Source: Phoronis australis (taxonomy: Eukaryota; Animalia; Phoronida). Taken from it: DNA of 64,000 nt. Location of the stretch: assembly GCA_002633005.1 (NCBI GenBank), contig NMRA01000071.1, positions 748,449 through 812,448 on the forward strand, written 5' to 3'. Positions 63,207 through 64,000 of the stretch are shown one piece after another. A program made the position numbers and the translations under genes. Position 1 is the stretch's first letter; each line of letters opens with the position of its first letter. The notes beneath the pieces are model-generated. The model saw only the letters and a list, made by a program, of their open reading frames with translations. It ran no database searches and had not been told where the DNA came from.

Positions 63207-64000
63207 TTAACTAACGTACACTCGCAGTGTCAACTGATTTTGCAGTGCGTAACTAACTTAATTATCATTAAAACCTCATAGACTTATCATTCCCAGCCAA
63301 TTTTTATGTTATTTACAACCTACTTGCTAAGTAGGTCACAGCTCATTGCCTTTATACGTAACGTGCTGGGAGACTGATATGCAACCAAGTAAGAAATGGA
63401 TAACAAAAATCGAATCAGTGGTTAAAGTGTATCATTAGCATAAGATCGAAACATCGAAATGTCAACTTATTAATGGAATGAAGGAATTAGGGTGAGGAAT
63501 TTATTTCTTTTCAAAACTTGCTGTGTTCATGACTACAGAGGCCTGAGGCCACTCATGCCATTCATTTTCAACGCCATCGGTCGCACAACTCCCTTAGGAT
63601 AAAAAGGTACAGTTTGTCTTTGTTTTTCGCGGCGTCATTCTATCATAAGTACACCTCGTTGGCTCAATGTTATGGCGACTTTGTGAATGAAAGGACTGAG
63701 GGTATACGAAGATGTTCTGCACCTGGCGAAAGATTCGATTTAATTGAAAGCCCTTTGACCTTGGATAAGTAGTAAACAAATATCCACGCGGTTGTGCGGT
63801 TCCAAGGTGGTTCTGCTAAATCTTTTTTTTCTCGCTACGCCGTATGTATTTTGCAAGTGAAATATTGTAAAAATGGCCAATTTTTGTGAATAAGGTTTGA
63901 GATATCCTTAAGTAGCCTGGACTGTTGTGTATTGCTTAAGACCAGCATCCATGTGTAAAAAAGTGCTTGTGGTTGTCATTACTACAACAGGAATTATGGT

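Overview
Intron-rich, AT-rich animal (invertebrate-type) genomic DNA; the organism cannot be determined from this window. The supplied ORF track is mostly noise, so I rebuilt five spliced genes by hand from GT-AG junctions and phase continuity. (1) A minus-strand secreted F-type lectin + SRCR gene (11075 to about 135). (2) A plus-strand gene with 19 coding exons (15645-30042, about 825 aa) and the unusual architecture LOTUS - RRM x3 - extended Tudor, whose Tudor looks TDRD10-like; it is the best candidate for an undescribed germ-granule/piRNA scaffold. (3) TMEM221/Jiraiya on the minus strand. (4) A complete SWEET/SLC50A1 sugar transporter on the minus strand. (5) The 5' part of SIRT6 on the plus strand. 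Mobile DNA includes several TTAA-flanked Kolobok-type elements (three with THAP remnants), two related TA(G)...CTA foldback elements (one with a 9-bp target-site duplication, TSD; AcademH-like), a Helentron-type HINE, a tRNA-derived SINE and small MITEs. Many minisatellites start at, end at or duplicate splice sites. A 326-bp duplication around the N at 43132 is probably an assembly artefact. Family assignments rest on recalled motifs, not on database searches.
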